From Octopus bimaculoides (lineage: Eukaryota), in assembly GCF_001194135.2 (NCBI RefSeq), contig NC_068981.1, positions 105,320,761 through 105,384,760 of the forward strand: a DNA stretch of 64,000 bases, given 5' to 3'. The notes under the pieces are model-generated. The model saw nothing but the letters and a program-made list of their open reading frames with translations, had not been told where the DNA came from and did not search any database. Positions 1 to 12,927 of the stretch are shown here, in pieces (the stretch's first letter is position 1; each line of letters starts with the position of its first letter). The position numbers and the translations under genes were made by a program.

Positions 1-216
1 GGGTGGCACATAAAAGACACCATTTCGAGCGTGGCCGTTTTCGTGCGGGTGACACGTAAAAGCACCCACTACACTCTCTGAGTGGTTGGCGTTAGGAAGG
101 GCATCCAGCTGTAGAAACTCTGCCAAATCAGACTGGAGCCTGGTGTTGCTATCCGGTTTCACCAGTCCTCAGTCAAATCGTCCAACCCATGCTATCATGG
201 AAAGCGGACGTTAAAC

Positions 217-249
<33 letters not shown>
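1..249 (+). mobile_element. RTE-LINE 3'UTR-type repeat (5'-truncated LINE end or LINE-tail SINE) with (GAT)n tail
   Basis: Motif ggcgttaggaagggcatccagctgtagaaactctgcc...catggaaagcggacgttaaac(gat)n recurs at 655-830(-), 4988-5290(-), 34149-34317, 34845-35022 and 52810-53020(-), and forms the 3' end of the RTE remnant at 655-2940. Confidence 0.85.
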
Positions 250-264
250 AACTAACTACAAGCT

Positions 265-275
265 CTCTCTGTGTC

Positions 276-310
<35 letters not shown>

Positions 311-400
311 TTCCTTCCTTCCCTCCTTCACTCCCTTTCTCTCTCCCTCCCTCATTCTCTTTCTCTCTCTCTCTCTCTTTCTCTCTCTCACACACACACA
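265..400. repeat. (CT)n/(CA)n compound microsatellite
   Basis: Directly visible simple repeats. Confidence 0.95.
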
Positions 401-654
401 TATTTTTCTGCCTGAACATACCATACAGTAAGTATGATTATGTACATACATATACATACAAAGGGAGGTATATACACTCATACAAATACATATATTCTTT
501 TATTTGTTTCAGTCATTTGACTGAGACCATGCTGGAGCACCACCTTTATTCAAACAAATCAACCCCAGGACTTATTCTTTGTAAGCTTAGCACTTATTCT
601 ATCGGTCCCTTTTGCCGAACTGACATAAACACACCAGCATCGCTTGTCAAGCAT

Positions 655-2940
655 GCTTTCCATGCTAGCATGGGTTGGACGATTTGACTGAAGACTGGCG
701 AATCAGATGGTTGCACCAGACTCCAATCTGATCTGCTGATCTACAGCTGGATGCCCTTGCTAACGCCAACCACTCCAAGAGTAGTGGGTGCTTTTACATG
801 CCACTGGCACGAGGGCCAGTCAGGTGGTACTGGCAATGGCTACGCTCAAATGGTATTTTTTACGCGCTACCTGCACAGGAGCCAGTCCAGCAGCACTAGC
901 AATGACCTCGCTCAAAATTTTCTTCAAGTGCCAGTAAAGCGACGCTGGTAATGATCACGCTCAAATGGTGTTATTTACGTGCCACCAGCATGGAAGCCAG
1001 ACAGCTGCTCTGGTAATGATCATGCTCAACGGTGCTGTTAGTGCTCCACTGGCATGGGTGCCAGTCATCGAATTTGGTTCAATTATGATTTTGATTTCAC
1101 TTGCCCCAACAGGTCTTCGCAAGCAGAGTTTAGTGTCCAATGAAGGAAAGGTTGGCATGGGTGCCAGTCGTCGAATTTGGTTCGATTTCAATTTCATTTG
1201 CCTCAACATGAAGGAAAGGTACGAATAAGTGGGCTGGCTGCGGCCATGGATTATAGTCTCACTTGGCTTGCTGGGTCTTCTCATGCACAGCATATTTCCA
1301 AAGGTCTCGGTCACTAGTCATTGCCTCGGTGAGGCCTAATGTTCGAAGGTCATGCTTCACCACCTCATCCCAGGTCTTCCTAGGTCTACTTCTTTCACAG
1401 GTTCCCTCAACCGCTAGGCTGTGGCACTTTTTCACACAGTTATCCTCATCTATTCCCGCCAAATGACCATACCAGCGCAATCGTCTCTCTTGCACACCAC
1501 AACTGACACTTCTTAGGTCCAACTTTTCTCTCAAGGTACTTACACTCTGTCGAGTATGCACACTGACATTACACATCCAGCGGAACTTTGTCCAGGCTAT
1601 TCTTATTCTAGCAGCTACACTTTCAGCACACCCTCCCCCACTACTGACTTGGTCACCTAGGTAATGGAAGCTATCAACTAGTTTTTCTCCCTGGAATGTG
1701 GCAGAAGTTGTTCTGTGCACATTTTCAGTGTTTATTGCTCCTGAGCATCTGCCACATACAAAAACTATCTTCCTAGTTAGCCTTCCATTGATATTGCTGC
1801 ACCTCTTATGTGTCCATAGCTTATACTGGGTATATCTTATAGAGTTTCTACCTCCTTTTCTACAGATCAAGCAGGGCCATCTACCTGAAGGGGTTTGCGG
1901 TTTGTCTACCTTCCTACTTATTAGGACTTTGGTTTTAGCTAGGTTGACTCTAAGGCCTTTCGATTCTAGTCCTTGCTTCTAGCAATTAGTGCAAGGTCAT
2001 CCATGACCTTCATTACCTGATCCAACAACTTGATACCTCTGTAATTATTTGTATCTAAAGGATCACCTTTACCTTTGTAGCAGTTGACTATGGTGCTGTT
2101 ACACCAGTCATTGGGTATGACTCTTTCATGTATTACCTGGTTAACTATACAGGTAACTAGGCTATAGCCGACACCACCAGATATTTTGAGCATCTCTGTG
2201 GTGAATCCTGATGGGTCGAGGGTTTTCCTGTTTTCACACCCTTAATTGCTTTATCTATCAAGGTACTGTCAATTTGGATAGCTGGTCCCTCTGTTGGGTT
2301 GACATTCAGCAGACTTTGTTTCTCTTATTCATTCTCTTTATTGAGCAACCTTTCATAGTGGTGTCTCCAAACCTCTCTCTTTGTAGCCTTGTTTAATGCA
2401 AGTGAACCATCATCATCCATGCGGACACATTTCTCTCCCACTACATCATGATTCTCTCTCACACACTGTCTTGCAACATGAAATACCTCAAGTCTTTGGT
2501 TCTCACAGCACAGAGCATTGGCAAATTTTTTCTTGTCTGCTTCCCCTCTGGCTAAATAAACCTGTCTCTTAGCTTACCTTCTGTCAGTCTGATACAGTTC
2601 CTTGCTACCACCGTTCTTCCTATCCTTCCAAGCCTGTTTCTTTTCTCTAATAGCCCTGTCAGCAACATTGTACCACAACCATTTACCTTAGGTCGAGAGG
2701 GGACTTTGCACCATCCACAGATCTAGTCAGTGGCCCTCAGCAGGTTGTCCCATAGAAACCTCCAGTTGTCTTCCACATCATGTGATGCTATATCCCCTTC
2801 TATTTTGTCAAAGGCTCTAAATCTCTGTCCAGAGTAATATGTCTCTTAAATCTCTTTAATCTTCCAGACCCATCTCCTCCATGCTGGTCGTCTTCTGGGA
2901 AACCATTTAGCCCTGATTCTGAAGTCGCTAACTACTAGTC
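655..2940 (-). mobile_element. Degenerate RTE-clade LINE (partial RT, PHD-like finger, C-terminus, 3'UTR)
   Basis: RT-type translations IPNDWCNSTIVNCYKGKGDPLDTNNYRGIKLLDQVMKV, VDSFHYLGDQVS and VQERRLRWYGHLAGIDEDNCVKKC...GRPRKTW. There are stops, frameshifts and an RT-core deletion. The 3'UTR matches the (GAT)n-tailed repeat. Confidence 0.9.
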
Positions 2941-3006
2941 TATGTTGTGGGGTACATTCTTTGCCTGGGAAGGTTTGGCATTTATAACTTTCCCAGGCAA
3001 TATATT

Positions 3007-3038
<32 letters not shown>

Positions 3039-3217
3039 CTTTATTTAAAAGCAGCAGAAATATAACAAAAAACTGTTACTCTGAGTTTCACGTTCCTGTT
3101 CATCGGACAGTTTTGTCCGATGAATGGGAACATGAAACTCTGAGTAACAGTTTTTTATTATATTTCTGCTGCTTTTAAATAAAGCATATTACTCTACGTA
3201 TATGCACATACATTCAT

Positions 3218-3248
<31 letters not shown>

Positions 3249-3989
3249 CATGTACACAACCACATAAAAATAAACAAGCTTTTGACGGTTTTATAGATGT
3301 TTCAAAATAAAATTATGATGCTATGATGCTAGGTGTTCCCATTATTTTGTCCAACCCCTGTAGATATGTACTCATGCGTATATATACACACACATACATG
3401 TATACACACATGCACACACACACACACATACATACATACATACACATATCTGTATACTTCAACATGTGTGTGTCTGTATAAAAGGCGAATTAGTAAAGAC
3501 ATTTGAGTCATAGATACTAACAGTAGACTCTCTACATTTTGAGGTCTAAGTACACCAATGTCATCTTTGCCTTTCATCCTTTCAGGATGAATAAAGAATG
3601 TACCAGTCTAGAGCAATTGATTAAAGTAATTGGTCGCACTTCAAATGGGATGTTTATCAGTATGTGTTCCAACTTAGTGATTTCTGAGCTCAAACCCAGC
3701 CTTATGCTACCAAGGAAAAAAAAATGATGGTACATCTGTCAGGTGTTGCTATTGATAGATAATGTCCACAATGGAAAAAAAAAATCATAACAGAAATATA
3801 GTTTCTTTGGTTTGATCAAAAGGTTGGTTACCATCACCAAATATGTGTGTGTGTATGTGTCTTTATTGATGTAAGCTGGTATGTTAAGTTGTGTCTTTTT
3901 ATGTCATAAATGTAACTTAGCAATTTGATAAATAGAAAGCAATAAAATAACAGTCAGATCAGACTGAAACAAATCATGGGATTGTTATG

Positions 3990-4430
3990 ATTCCTTTCTA
4001 CTATAGGCACAAGGTCAGAAATTTAGGGGGAGGGGACTAGTTGATTACATCGACCCAGTTTTCAGCTGGTACTTATTTTATTGATCCCGAAAAGACGAAA
4101 GGCAAAGGTAGACCTTGGTGGAATATGAACTCAGAACATAGCAGCCGATGAAATACTGCTAAACATTTTGCCTGGCACACTAACGATTCTGCCAGCTTTG
4201 CCACCTTGGGGTTGTTATGATTGAATAAATCAAGGTGGTGAGCTGGCAGAATTGTTAGCACACTGGGCAAAATGCTTAGTGGCATTTCATCCATCTTTAC
4301 CTTGTGAGTTCAAATTCTGCCAAGGTTGATTTTGCCTTTCATCCTTTCGGGGTTAATAAAATAAATATTCGTAAAGCACTGGGATCACAGTAATCAACTT
4401 ACCTCCTGCCCTTGCTGGCCTTGTGTCAAA
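3990..4430. mobile_element. Adjacent inverted pair of tRNA-related SINEs (...gttcaaattctgcc...tttgcctttcatcctttcgggg... family)
   Basis: Minus copy ~3990-4210 and plus copy ~4225-4430. Further family copies lie at ~16060-16170, 27150-27580, 28530-28690, 42060-42240, 46380-46535, 47470-47690, 48200-48365, 48590-48730, 49610-49810, 54500-54630 and 57760-58000. Confidence 0.8.
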
Positions 4431-4633
4431 ACTAAAACTGAAACGATTAACTAAAACCCATGAAGACAGTGTTCCAGCATGACCCCAGTTCAATAACTAA
4501 AACCACAAACAGAATTAAGGAATTTCTCTTGATTAGTTGGCATATCATAGCATACTGTATAATAACACCAAAAGGATTACTAATTCAATGCTTTTTTCTC
4601 TTTATTGAATATTTTCTTTCCTTTTAATTTCAG

Positions 4634-4718
4634 TGAATGGAATAATTCACTCCACATTCTTTCGACAGAGAAATAACAATTGTTTACCTGTTCAATGGCA
4701 AACAGAGATGAGAGAAAA
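4634..4718 (+). CDS. Candidate internal exon of an unrecognised gene (NGIIHSTFFRQRNNNCLPVQWQTEMRE)
   Basis: ttttaatttcag acceptor, open frame, GT donor at 4719, phase-compatible with the next candidate exon. No homology recognised. Confidence 0.35.
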
Positions 4719-4987
4719 GTAAAATTTATTTATTACGAAAACTGTACATGTATCATCAAAACTGATAACAATTTTCATACAATTCTTAAGTTGAATTTTT
4801 CTTATAAACATATGGTGAAATTGTGACTTGTCCCTAATTTTCTTTACTTTGCATGAAATATTTGAAAGTAGTTTTACAAATGCTACTAACATCATAAATT
4901 AGAACAAATCTTTAAAACCACTCAAGTACTTCTTCTCCTTATAATTAAGTCATTTTATTTTTATTACTCATGTATACATATACCATT

Positions 4988-5290
4988 CATCATCATTGTT
5001 TAACGTCCGCTTTCCATGCTAGCATGGGTTGGACGATTTGACTGAGGACTGGTGAAACCAGATGGCTACACCAGGCTCCAATCTGATTTGGCAGAGTTTC
5101 TACAGCTGGATGCCCTTCCTAATGCCAACCACTCCGAGAGTGTAGTGGGTGCTTTTACGTGCCACCGGCACGAAGGCCAGTCAGGCGATACTGGCAACGA
5201 TTTCGCTTGAAATGGTGTATTTTATGTGCCACCCGCACAAGGGCCAGTCCCGGGGCACTGGCAACGATCTCGCTCGAAAGTCCTTACACA
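4988..5290 (-). mobile_element. RTE 3'UTR-type repeat
   Basis: Reverse complement of the family at 1-249, with a (cat)n tail at the left end. Confidence 0.85.
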
Positions 5291-5742
5291 TGCCGTGGAC
5301 ACAAGTGCCATATTCAATATCAGTGTTTAGCCCCAGGTTAGTTCTAATCGATTGGATTTATTATTAAAGACATTCTAGCCATAACCAAGCCATCATTTAG
5401 GACTACATTATCCAATGTATCCTTTTTTTAAGACAGCACAATGTGATTTGAAGTAAATTTGGCTATATTCCTAACAAGGTGAATGACTACTTAGAGGTTC
5501 CTTTGACTCATGAAAATGTAATATTTTACCTTCATCTTAATATAAATTATCTCAGTATAATGAAATTTACTGATTTTGATGATTATGTTCTCTACCACCA
5601 CTTATATTTTCAATATGATTAATGTTATTCATATACAAAACTTCACCACTAGCTGGCCAAGTTGAATTGAAGTGAATGAACAAGCCTTTGGAAGCTGACT
5701 TTCTCTAGAAGTTGATGGATCACTTAACTCTGTTATTTTCAG

Positions 5743-5768
5743 ATGTGAAAAGAATCCCAAATCCATTG
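5743..5768 (+). CDS. Candidate 26-nt exon (CEKNPKSI)
   Basis: tgttattttcag acceptor, gtattt donor; phase 2 in and phase 1 out links 4634-4718 to 6822-6922. Confidence 0.3.
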
Positions 5769-6821
5769 GTATTTAATGCAAAAACTAATATGCACATTAC
5801 CACTATCAAACACAGAGTACTCACAAGGCAATGAGGAAGCCTCATCATAGCTGGCCTAAAAATGAACAAATCTTTCTCAAATCACATGCTACTATCTTAA
5901 AAAAAAAGGACACATCAAGTAGTGTAGTCCTAAAACAGACATTTAAAATAACACAAGGAAACCTCTTGCTTTTGTTTTAGAGGAAAACATTACTACCTCA
6001 GGTTCACTTTAGAAGAAAACATTGCTACCTCAGGTGACAAGAGCAAGGGGAGAAACTTTCATTTCCAACACAATATGCACTTCGCCAAACTGAATGCTTA
6101 CAAATGCTCTAAAGCCTCTCTACAATATATCTTAGTGATTTTGATTTTGCTTACTAGTTACTACTAATTCCAAATATTTTAGTTCCTGTTACAATTTGTC
6201 AAAGTACTGAATGGTTATATTTTTCACGTTTTATATCATTAAGTACTTTAATTACCTTTTTATTTATGTATTTTCCTTTACAATTTACTTTAATTTCAGA
6301 ATAATTACAAATATTTCAACTGGTATTTTATTTGGAATTATTTTTCTCATTGCAATATTCAGCCTTAAGGTATGAAGTTGACTTATTTTTGTAATAGATT
6401 TTTTAAATCAAAAGTCTACTGTATAATACAAGTAATGTTATTTCATAAATATCATGAGCTCCCCTCTCTTGCTAGTTCTCTCACTCTCCCCTACTTTCTT
6501 TCTCTTCCTATCTCACCCCACTTATTATTTTTCTCACTCTCTCTCTCTCTCTTCTATGTTACCCATTTTGTCATCACTTCTGATCCTTCTATCCCACTCC
6601 TCAACTCCCATTTTATATTTGACCTGCAATGTAGACAGACAAATTTGGCATCATTAATTGTACACTCTTTTCCTTCTCTTTGATAAAGTGCATCACACAA
6701 AACTCTTTATTCTAATGGTGTATTATTTTCATAGTACATGTCTTCAATTGTTATTTTGAACTATTCAGTTTGCTTTTTTTTTTAACAAATTTAAGTAATT
6801 TCTTTTAATGCTTTTTCACAG

Positions 6822-6922
6822 AGCTTTATTACAGTGATGGAAAAAGTCTCTTCATTCGCAATGAACACAATAAATATTTTAATCTTTTTTATGTACATTC
6901 AATCACGAAGAGACAAGAACAG
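6822..6922 (+). CDS. Candidate exon (LYYSDGKSLFIRNEHNKYFNLFYVHSITKRQEQ)
   Basis: ctttttcacag acceptor, CAG|gtgaat donor, open in the phase predicted by the upstream candidate exons. Confidence 0.45.
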
Positions 6923-8059
6923 GTGAATATTTTTTCATAAAATCATTTCAAAGACTATTATTATAGATCCTTGGAAAATGGCAACCAGATACCATGTGTT
7001 TTTGTTTTTTTTTCAGTTCATCTACCTTGTTTTCATGATAAACATCTGATTATCAGAATATATTTGAGGGGAATCCACAAAAGTGCGCAATATTCCCTAA
7101 GTAAAGCCGTATTTAAAACTTAATTAAAAATGAAATTTGCAATTTTTTCATTTTTACAATACTTACCTTTTCTAACCATATTTCTAATGAAATGCATGTG
7201 TTTTGGTTACTTTTGAAGATAATCAGAATTTGGAGGGATTTATTAAAATGAGATTTCTGTAATTAATCTGATATTTGGAACATTAATTAACTAAAGGTTT
7301 TTACATAAAACTGTGATGATGATTCTAATTTAAATATGATCACGTTAAAATTGTAATGCTTTATGTCATTAAGTCTGAGATGAGCTGGCATCAAAATACT
7401 TTTGATGTAACCTCTTGTACTATAATACTAAATCTCTGAATTTAATGAAAAGGTTAAAGAGTTTAATAAATATGTTGATCCGTACAAATGTGTATCACAG
7501 CCATGCAAGCAAAGTGAGGCATGTTAAGATAGCTCTATTAACTTTTCATCTAAGCAGATCTATGATAAAATAGATAAATAAGTTGTCCCTAAGAAGTGGA
7601 AATGGTCATGGATATAGCTTAAGTTCTTGTGCAGACTCCTTCATGTAATAAACAATGATATCCTTAAAATTTGAAGTAATGACACACACACAACCTGCAT
7701 ACTTGGTTCCAAGTCTAGCCATATAAAGTTTTCTCATATGAAAATAAGGATATAATACACCATATCAAGATTTATCAAAACCTCACCAATGTAGCAAAAT
7801 AATATTGTAGATAGATTATGCCTTTGATTTCATTCCATAGTTAGGATTGCTTACTTACTGACATTAAGTGAAAAACTCTTAAGGTAGAAGAGGTGACAGG
7901 TTAATAACAAAGAATATAGCTCTCAAAGATGTTGCCTCCTAAGACTACTCCTTCACTACTACCTATGTCGACTTTTACACCATTTAAAGAATCAAATACT
8001 TCAAAATACAATTTTGAATGAACTTATATATTTCATGGATTTTTATAAACTTCCAACAG

Positions 8060-8091
8060 TTCAAAATATCTGTAGAATTTCCATTAGTACT
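8060..8091 (+). CDS. Candidate exon (FKISVEFPLV)
   Basis: cttccaacag acceptor, consensus gtaagt donor, phase 0 in. Confidence 0.25.
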
Positions 8092-8192
8092 GTAAGTATA
8101 GTAGTATTTTAGGACTATAGTTATGCCTTACAATCTTCACTTTCAAAATTCCAAGGCCAATACAGTTCCAGTAACATGTTGAGGCTGATTAA

Positions 8193-8391
8193 CCCTTTCG
8201 TTATTATATTCTTATTAAAATATACTGATTTTATTTCAATTAATATTGAAAAACTGAAGAATTCATTAAAATAATTTTGTTGTTATTAAGCTGTTGTTTG
8301 GAACTTAAATTAACATGAAATTTTGATGGAAGGTTTTAATTTAAATCAGAAAGCTTGTATCACAGAACTAGGGGCAGTCTCATATCAAGAG
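8193..8391. mobile_element. piggyBac-type MITE, family A
   Basis: TTAA on both sides and a CCCTTTCG end. The same family is in the opposite orientation at 33138-33340 and partial at ~7165-7395. Confidence 0.7.
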
Positions 8392-8461
8392 TTAAACCAA
8401 TTATAACTGTCCATCAAAACATGGCATCATACCAATTAATATAGACCTAGTTTGTCAATAA

Positions 8462-8765
8462 CTGTGAAGGCACGTGGCTTAGTGGTTAGGGTATTCGGCT
8501 CACGATTGTATGGCCATGAGTTTGATTCCTGGCAGTGCATTGTGTTCTTGAGTGAGACACTTTATTTCATGTTACTCAGCTGGAAAAAATGAGCAGCAAC
8601 TGTATTTCAAAGGGTCAGTCTTGTCACATTGAATCTCTCCGAGAACTACATTAAGGGCATGCATGTCTGTGGAGTGCTCAGCTACATGCACATTAATTTC
8701 ACAAGCAGGTTGTTCTGTTGATCAGATCAACTGGACCCTTGTCATAAATGACAGAGTGCCAGTTT
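8462..8765 (+). mobile_element. tRNA-derived SINE
   Basis: tRNA-like head with A/B-box remnants (gtggcttagtggttaggg...gagtttgattcc). Body and tail are shared with 31941-32290 and 39146-39470. Confidence 0.8.
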
Positions 8766-9640
8766 GTCAACAACATGGAACATAATTCAAGCAACTACCA
8801 GCATATCATTGGTATCTATCTGCACAGATATTAGTCACAGCCAAAAATGCCTACTGGTATTTGGTTATATCTTTATAGTGAATGGCAAAAACAGTAGCCC
8901 TGGACTATGTATTACATGTCTTGCAGTAGTTACACTCTTTTATGTTGAATTCAAGTCCCTGCAGAGTCAATAATATAGATTATCAATAGACACTAGACAA
9001 AATTTTGTTGGAGTCTGTATGAACTTCATATTTGTAGTCACTGACAAGTTGCTAGCACCAATGACATTTTTGTTTGAACCAAGTTGCTAAACCTACTAAT
9101 AATAGCAACCAAATCTTCATCAAATCAACCCTACCATCTTGAACTGGTTATACTGGATATGTAAAACTTGATGGTCACAAGAAAATACTTTGCTCAGTTG
9201 ATGTTGACTAAACTGGCAACACCAAATAATTTAGTGTGATTACTTTCACCAACATACTAATTACTTCATAGTTATTATCATTTCTACTATTGGATGAATT
9301 TCATTGACAGGATTTAAGTATGACCAATGTAAGACATTTTTCAGTCTGCTCCTACCACAAAGTAACTATATATTTAGTTAATATATCTGTGAGGAATTTT
9401 AGTATATGAGAAACAAGTTGTGCCAAAACAATCTATTTGATGCAATTTCTTTGGAGAGAAAAGTTTAAGGAATAATCAAAAGAAATGCATTAAGTTATTT
9501 TCTGATCAAAGGCAGGTTAATGTAGAACTCAGCTAATTAACAATAACCAGCCTGTCTCATTTAATTAAAGTTTAAAATTCCATACATGTTGCATTTAAAA
9601 TCCATCCACTTTTTTTTTTTTTACACTCACTTTCCTACAG

Positions 9641-9726
9641 ATGGGTTGGCTCTTGTTGGAACAATTGTTTTTACTGCTGAATCAGTAGAGAACAGAACCA
9701 GAGAAAGTAGAATTGAGATTTATTAA
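9641..9726 (+). CDS. Candidate exon (GLALVGTIVFTAES...); 3' boundary uncertain
   Basis: Very strong polypyrimidine/cag acceptor and a hydrophobic open frame. Possible donors at 9685 or 9707, or stop at 9724-9726. Confidence 0.3.
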
Positions 9727-9820
9727 TAAGCACAGGCACTAAATTTTGGGTTCCATCCTACTCATGAGAAATTTGATAGACAGAAACTGTACCAAATGCT
9801 ACATGCACACACACACACAC

Positions 9821-10904
9821 AAGGGCCAGCTGAAAAATTCATAGGTGACCAAGATAATCTCATGGAATGTGACCAAATGAAGGGTATTTTTCAACATAGT
9901 TCTTGCGGTCCACTCACTTCTTCCATTAGTGTTACAGTTGGATTTCATTGAAGAAGCTTTCATCCTCTTGGTCAAAAAAGTTATCAATAGCAAATATGAC
10001 AACACAGTGATATAGGTTTCAACCAAATGTTTTTATATGTTGTGGAGCAGATGGGGCCAAATCAGGAGAATAGGTGGAAGTGATAAACCTGCTGAAAGCT
10101 AGTCATTTGAAACAAAGAACTAGTATGCTGAAGCATTGTCCTTTTTTCAGTTTTCCTGGTCTTAATAGCATTTCATAACAGCCCCAGCAAGTTGGCATAG
10201 TATTCTTCATTGATGGTGTGACCCTTTCGAAGATAATCAATAGACAATGCCTTTTGCATTCCCCAAATCTGACCTCCACCACCTTCCTGCAGATGAAATG
10301 ATTTTGGAAGTCAGGAGGGGTGATTCTACTGCATGGATCCTCTCTTTCTCTCCTCCCATGATGTGATCAGTCTGGCAGTTTTGATCAAGTGGCAGAAGAC
10401 ATAACAACCAGGGCAGAAATCATCATGCCAAGCTCATTGTGCACAACATTCTCACAGGACATGTTAATAACATTGGCAATTTGACTTATAGTCAATCACC
10501 TGTCATCCATCACTATGTGATCATGATCAATGTTTTCCTCCGTGATGGCAGTTGCAGGACATTCAGACCACCTTGGGTCATTTTCAAGACTCTCTCTTCC
10601 CATCCAAAATTCAGCTGCCAACTTTTCCACTATTGATAAAGTGGGAGTGTCATCCCCTAATGTAGCAAGCATATATCAGCATGAATGTCCTTGGGAGCAG
10701 AACCCTTTTCCTGCAGGTATTTGATAACACCACTGCCAAATTTTGTTAATTTTCAAGAGTCACTACTAGTTACTTTTGAAACCTTCTTTGAACAGTCACA
10801 TGTTAGTTTACCTGAAAAGAAGAGTTGGAATTAATGCATGCAAGGTTTCATAGCCCTAGCTTCACTCCTTCATAGACAGCTTATGAACTTTTCAGCCCAC
10901 CCTC
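9821..10904 (-). mobile_element. Degenerate mariner element
   Basis: TIR remnants agggccagctgaaaaattcata / ttatgaacttttcagcccaccctc. Minus-strand translations resemble mariner transposase (VIKYLQEKG..PKDIHAD; GHTINEEYYANLL; DNFFDQEDESFF), with many stops. Confidence 0.85.
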
Positions 10905-10913
10905 CTCTTTGTG

Positions 10914-10958
<45 letters not shown>

Positions 10959-11561
10959 CACACACACATGCATATTTGTTTCCATTGACAATATGCAACA
11001 TTTGACATTCATTTCTCTTGTGTAAATATCACATACATCATTTGTCAATGGAGGCCAGTGGTGTAAAAAATACCTTACTTAAAAATCCAGTGAGGGCAAT
11101 AGAAAGACATCAGGCTGTAGAATATAGCCTCAAGTTTTGCACCAGCATAGAAAATGAACATATTCAGAGACACAAACACTGGTTGTAGTACTCATGACCA
11201 CATTGTCAATCATCCAGTACCGTAACTATTGTTTCTTCTTATTCAGGATCAATAGGAAATTAAAAAACTATCTTCATTGCTAAGGTTTGCTATGTAAATG
11301 CCTGCTATAAAGCTAACAGTATGTAACACTTCTAGTCATACCAAAGTAATAAAAACTAATGAAATCATTTAATGTTGCTCCACACAGCAGTGAATTATAA
11401 TAATAATTGCTTGTCTACCTCCTACAGCTCTGTATAATTAATATATATATAGGTTAATAGAAACATATCCAGTATTAGAAAATGCAATTTTTAAAAAAAA
11501 TCTCCACTTATAAGAATTTCTTTGAATAAAAAGCTTTAATCATTTTTTCTTTTTGATCTAG

Positions 11562-11733
11562 CAATGTGGAAATTCCCCTGCCAATGCCTAAATGGATGAA
11601 TCTGATAAGCTATTTGTTGCCAGTATATTTTGGATTTGCAGTAATTTATGATGGGTTTCTTACAATAACAGATTACTTGGAATCTTCTAAACAACACAAT
11701 AAAACACTGCATGCTTTATATTCTCATCAATAA
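11562..11733 (+). CDS. Candidate terminal exon encoding a TM-like segment (NVEIPLPMPKWMNLISYLLPVYFGFAVIYDGFLTITDYLESSKQHNKTLHALYSHQ*)
   Basis: cattttttctttttgatctag acceptor, 56 open codons in AT-rich DNA, TAA at 11731-11733 overlapping AATAAA. Confidence 0.5.
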
Positions 11734-12400
11734 ACTAAGACATTCTATATGATAAATCATTGCCAAAACAATTGTCTTCCTCTTTATCTAATAAAAATTT
11801 ATTTTTGAAGTCAAATATTCATTCTCTAAAATTGTTCACTTGTAATATGAACCTCTTACATTTTAGGGATATCTAGGAATATTAACAGCCAAAATCTTCA
11901 TCTACAACTTAGTAATTTGAAAAATATTACTAAAAATAAAAATGGCAGGAATAAATGTTAAAATTTATTTGTGATTTTCATATTAATGGTTTAACTTATA
12001 CAAAAGAGATTCTTGATCAAACAAAATGGCTGTTATGACAAACACTAAAATGTATTGCATGTATTTCATAAGTTAATTATGTAATTATGCACCAGCCCTA
12101 CTTTAAATTGGTGAAATCTGCAGTGGCTGGGGAGAAATAAATAGATCAATTTCTATAACACTAACTTGCATGAAGGAAGACCAGTGAAGCCAACTTAGAC
12201 AAATGAAAATATATATAAAGACCTTTAGGTGAGAAAACATTATGGCAGCCATATTTTTTACAGAAAGAAATGTCATTTAATGGTAATCTTGTTCGTATGA
12301 TAGACTTTTTCACAACAAAACGTGTTAACATTTCTACCACTTTTAACAGTACCAAACACTTCTAGTCATACCAAAATAATAAAAGTAATTTTTCATCTAG

Positions 12401-12538
12401 CAATGTGAAAATTCCCCGGCCAATACCTATGAATCTGATAAAATATTTGTTGCCAGTATATTTTGGATTTGTAGTAATTTGATGGGTTTGCTACAATAAC
12501 AGATTACTTGGAATCTCCTAAACAACACAATAAAACAC
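12401..12538 (+). pseudogene. Degenerate tandem duplicate of the 11562 exon
   Basis: High identity to 11562-11707 with the acceptor retained. It has a 6-nt in-frame deletion and a 2-nt deletion that creates TGA after ...FGFVVI. Confidence 0.6.
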
Positions 12539-12927
12539 TTTAGATTCTAAATCTAAACAGTCAATTCACTCCCCACTTCAATTCATTTTGAAAATGAAGA
12601 ATTTAAAGTAACTGTCATTATTTAGTTAGTCTTTAGAATATAAATAACTTGGGATTTGGAAACAGTTTGAGCAAATTTCTATCAAAAAAGTTCAAGTAAT
12701 GTATCTTTTGTATGAAAGCCAAACTTAATAGTATTGGGATACTTATAATCTTGCCCAAGAACTTGGATGTCCATATTAGCATGAAAAACTGGATGTGACA
12801 TGGTCCATGTTCATGCTACTTTTCTGTTTTTACAGCTGAATGCCTTTCTAGCAGGGCACAACATTGACGTTAAAATGGCAGTCTGCCTCACAATAAAAAC
12901 AATAAGCTAAAATTAAATGTTATAATA

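Noticed and set aside
173-687. ORFs of 65-138 aa (poly-M, poly-H, SL/ER repeats)
   Set aside because: Translations of (GAT)n and (CT)n microsatellites and SINE tails.
12085-12205. ccagcc/ggctgg hairpin followed by ANANNA and ACA
   Set aside because: The upper stems are too weak, no host intron is evident and no target was recognised.
11560-12540. Duplicated 150-nt blocks as minus-strand H/ACA snoRNAs (ACA near one end)
   Set aside because: No pocket satisfies the 14-16 nt rule and they lie beyond the RPL27 poly(A) signal. A + strand coding exon and its decayed duplicate explain them better.
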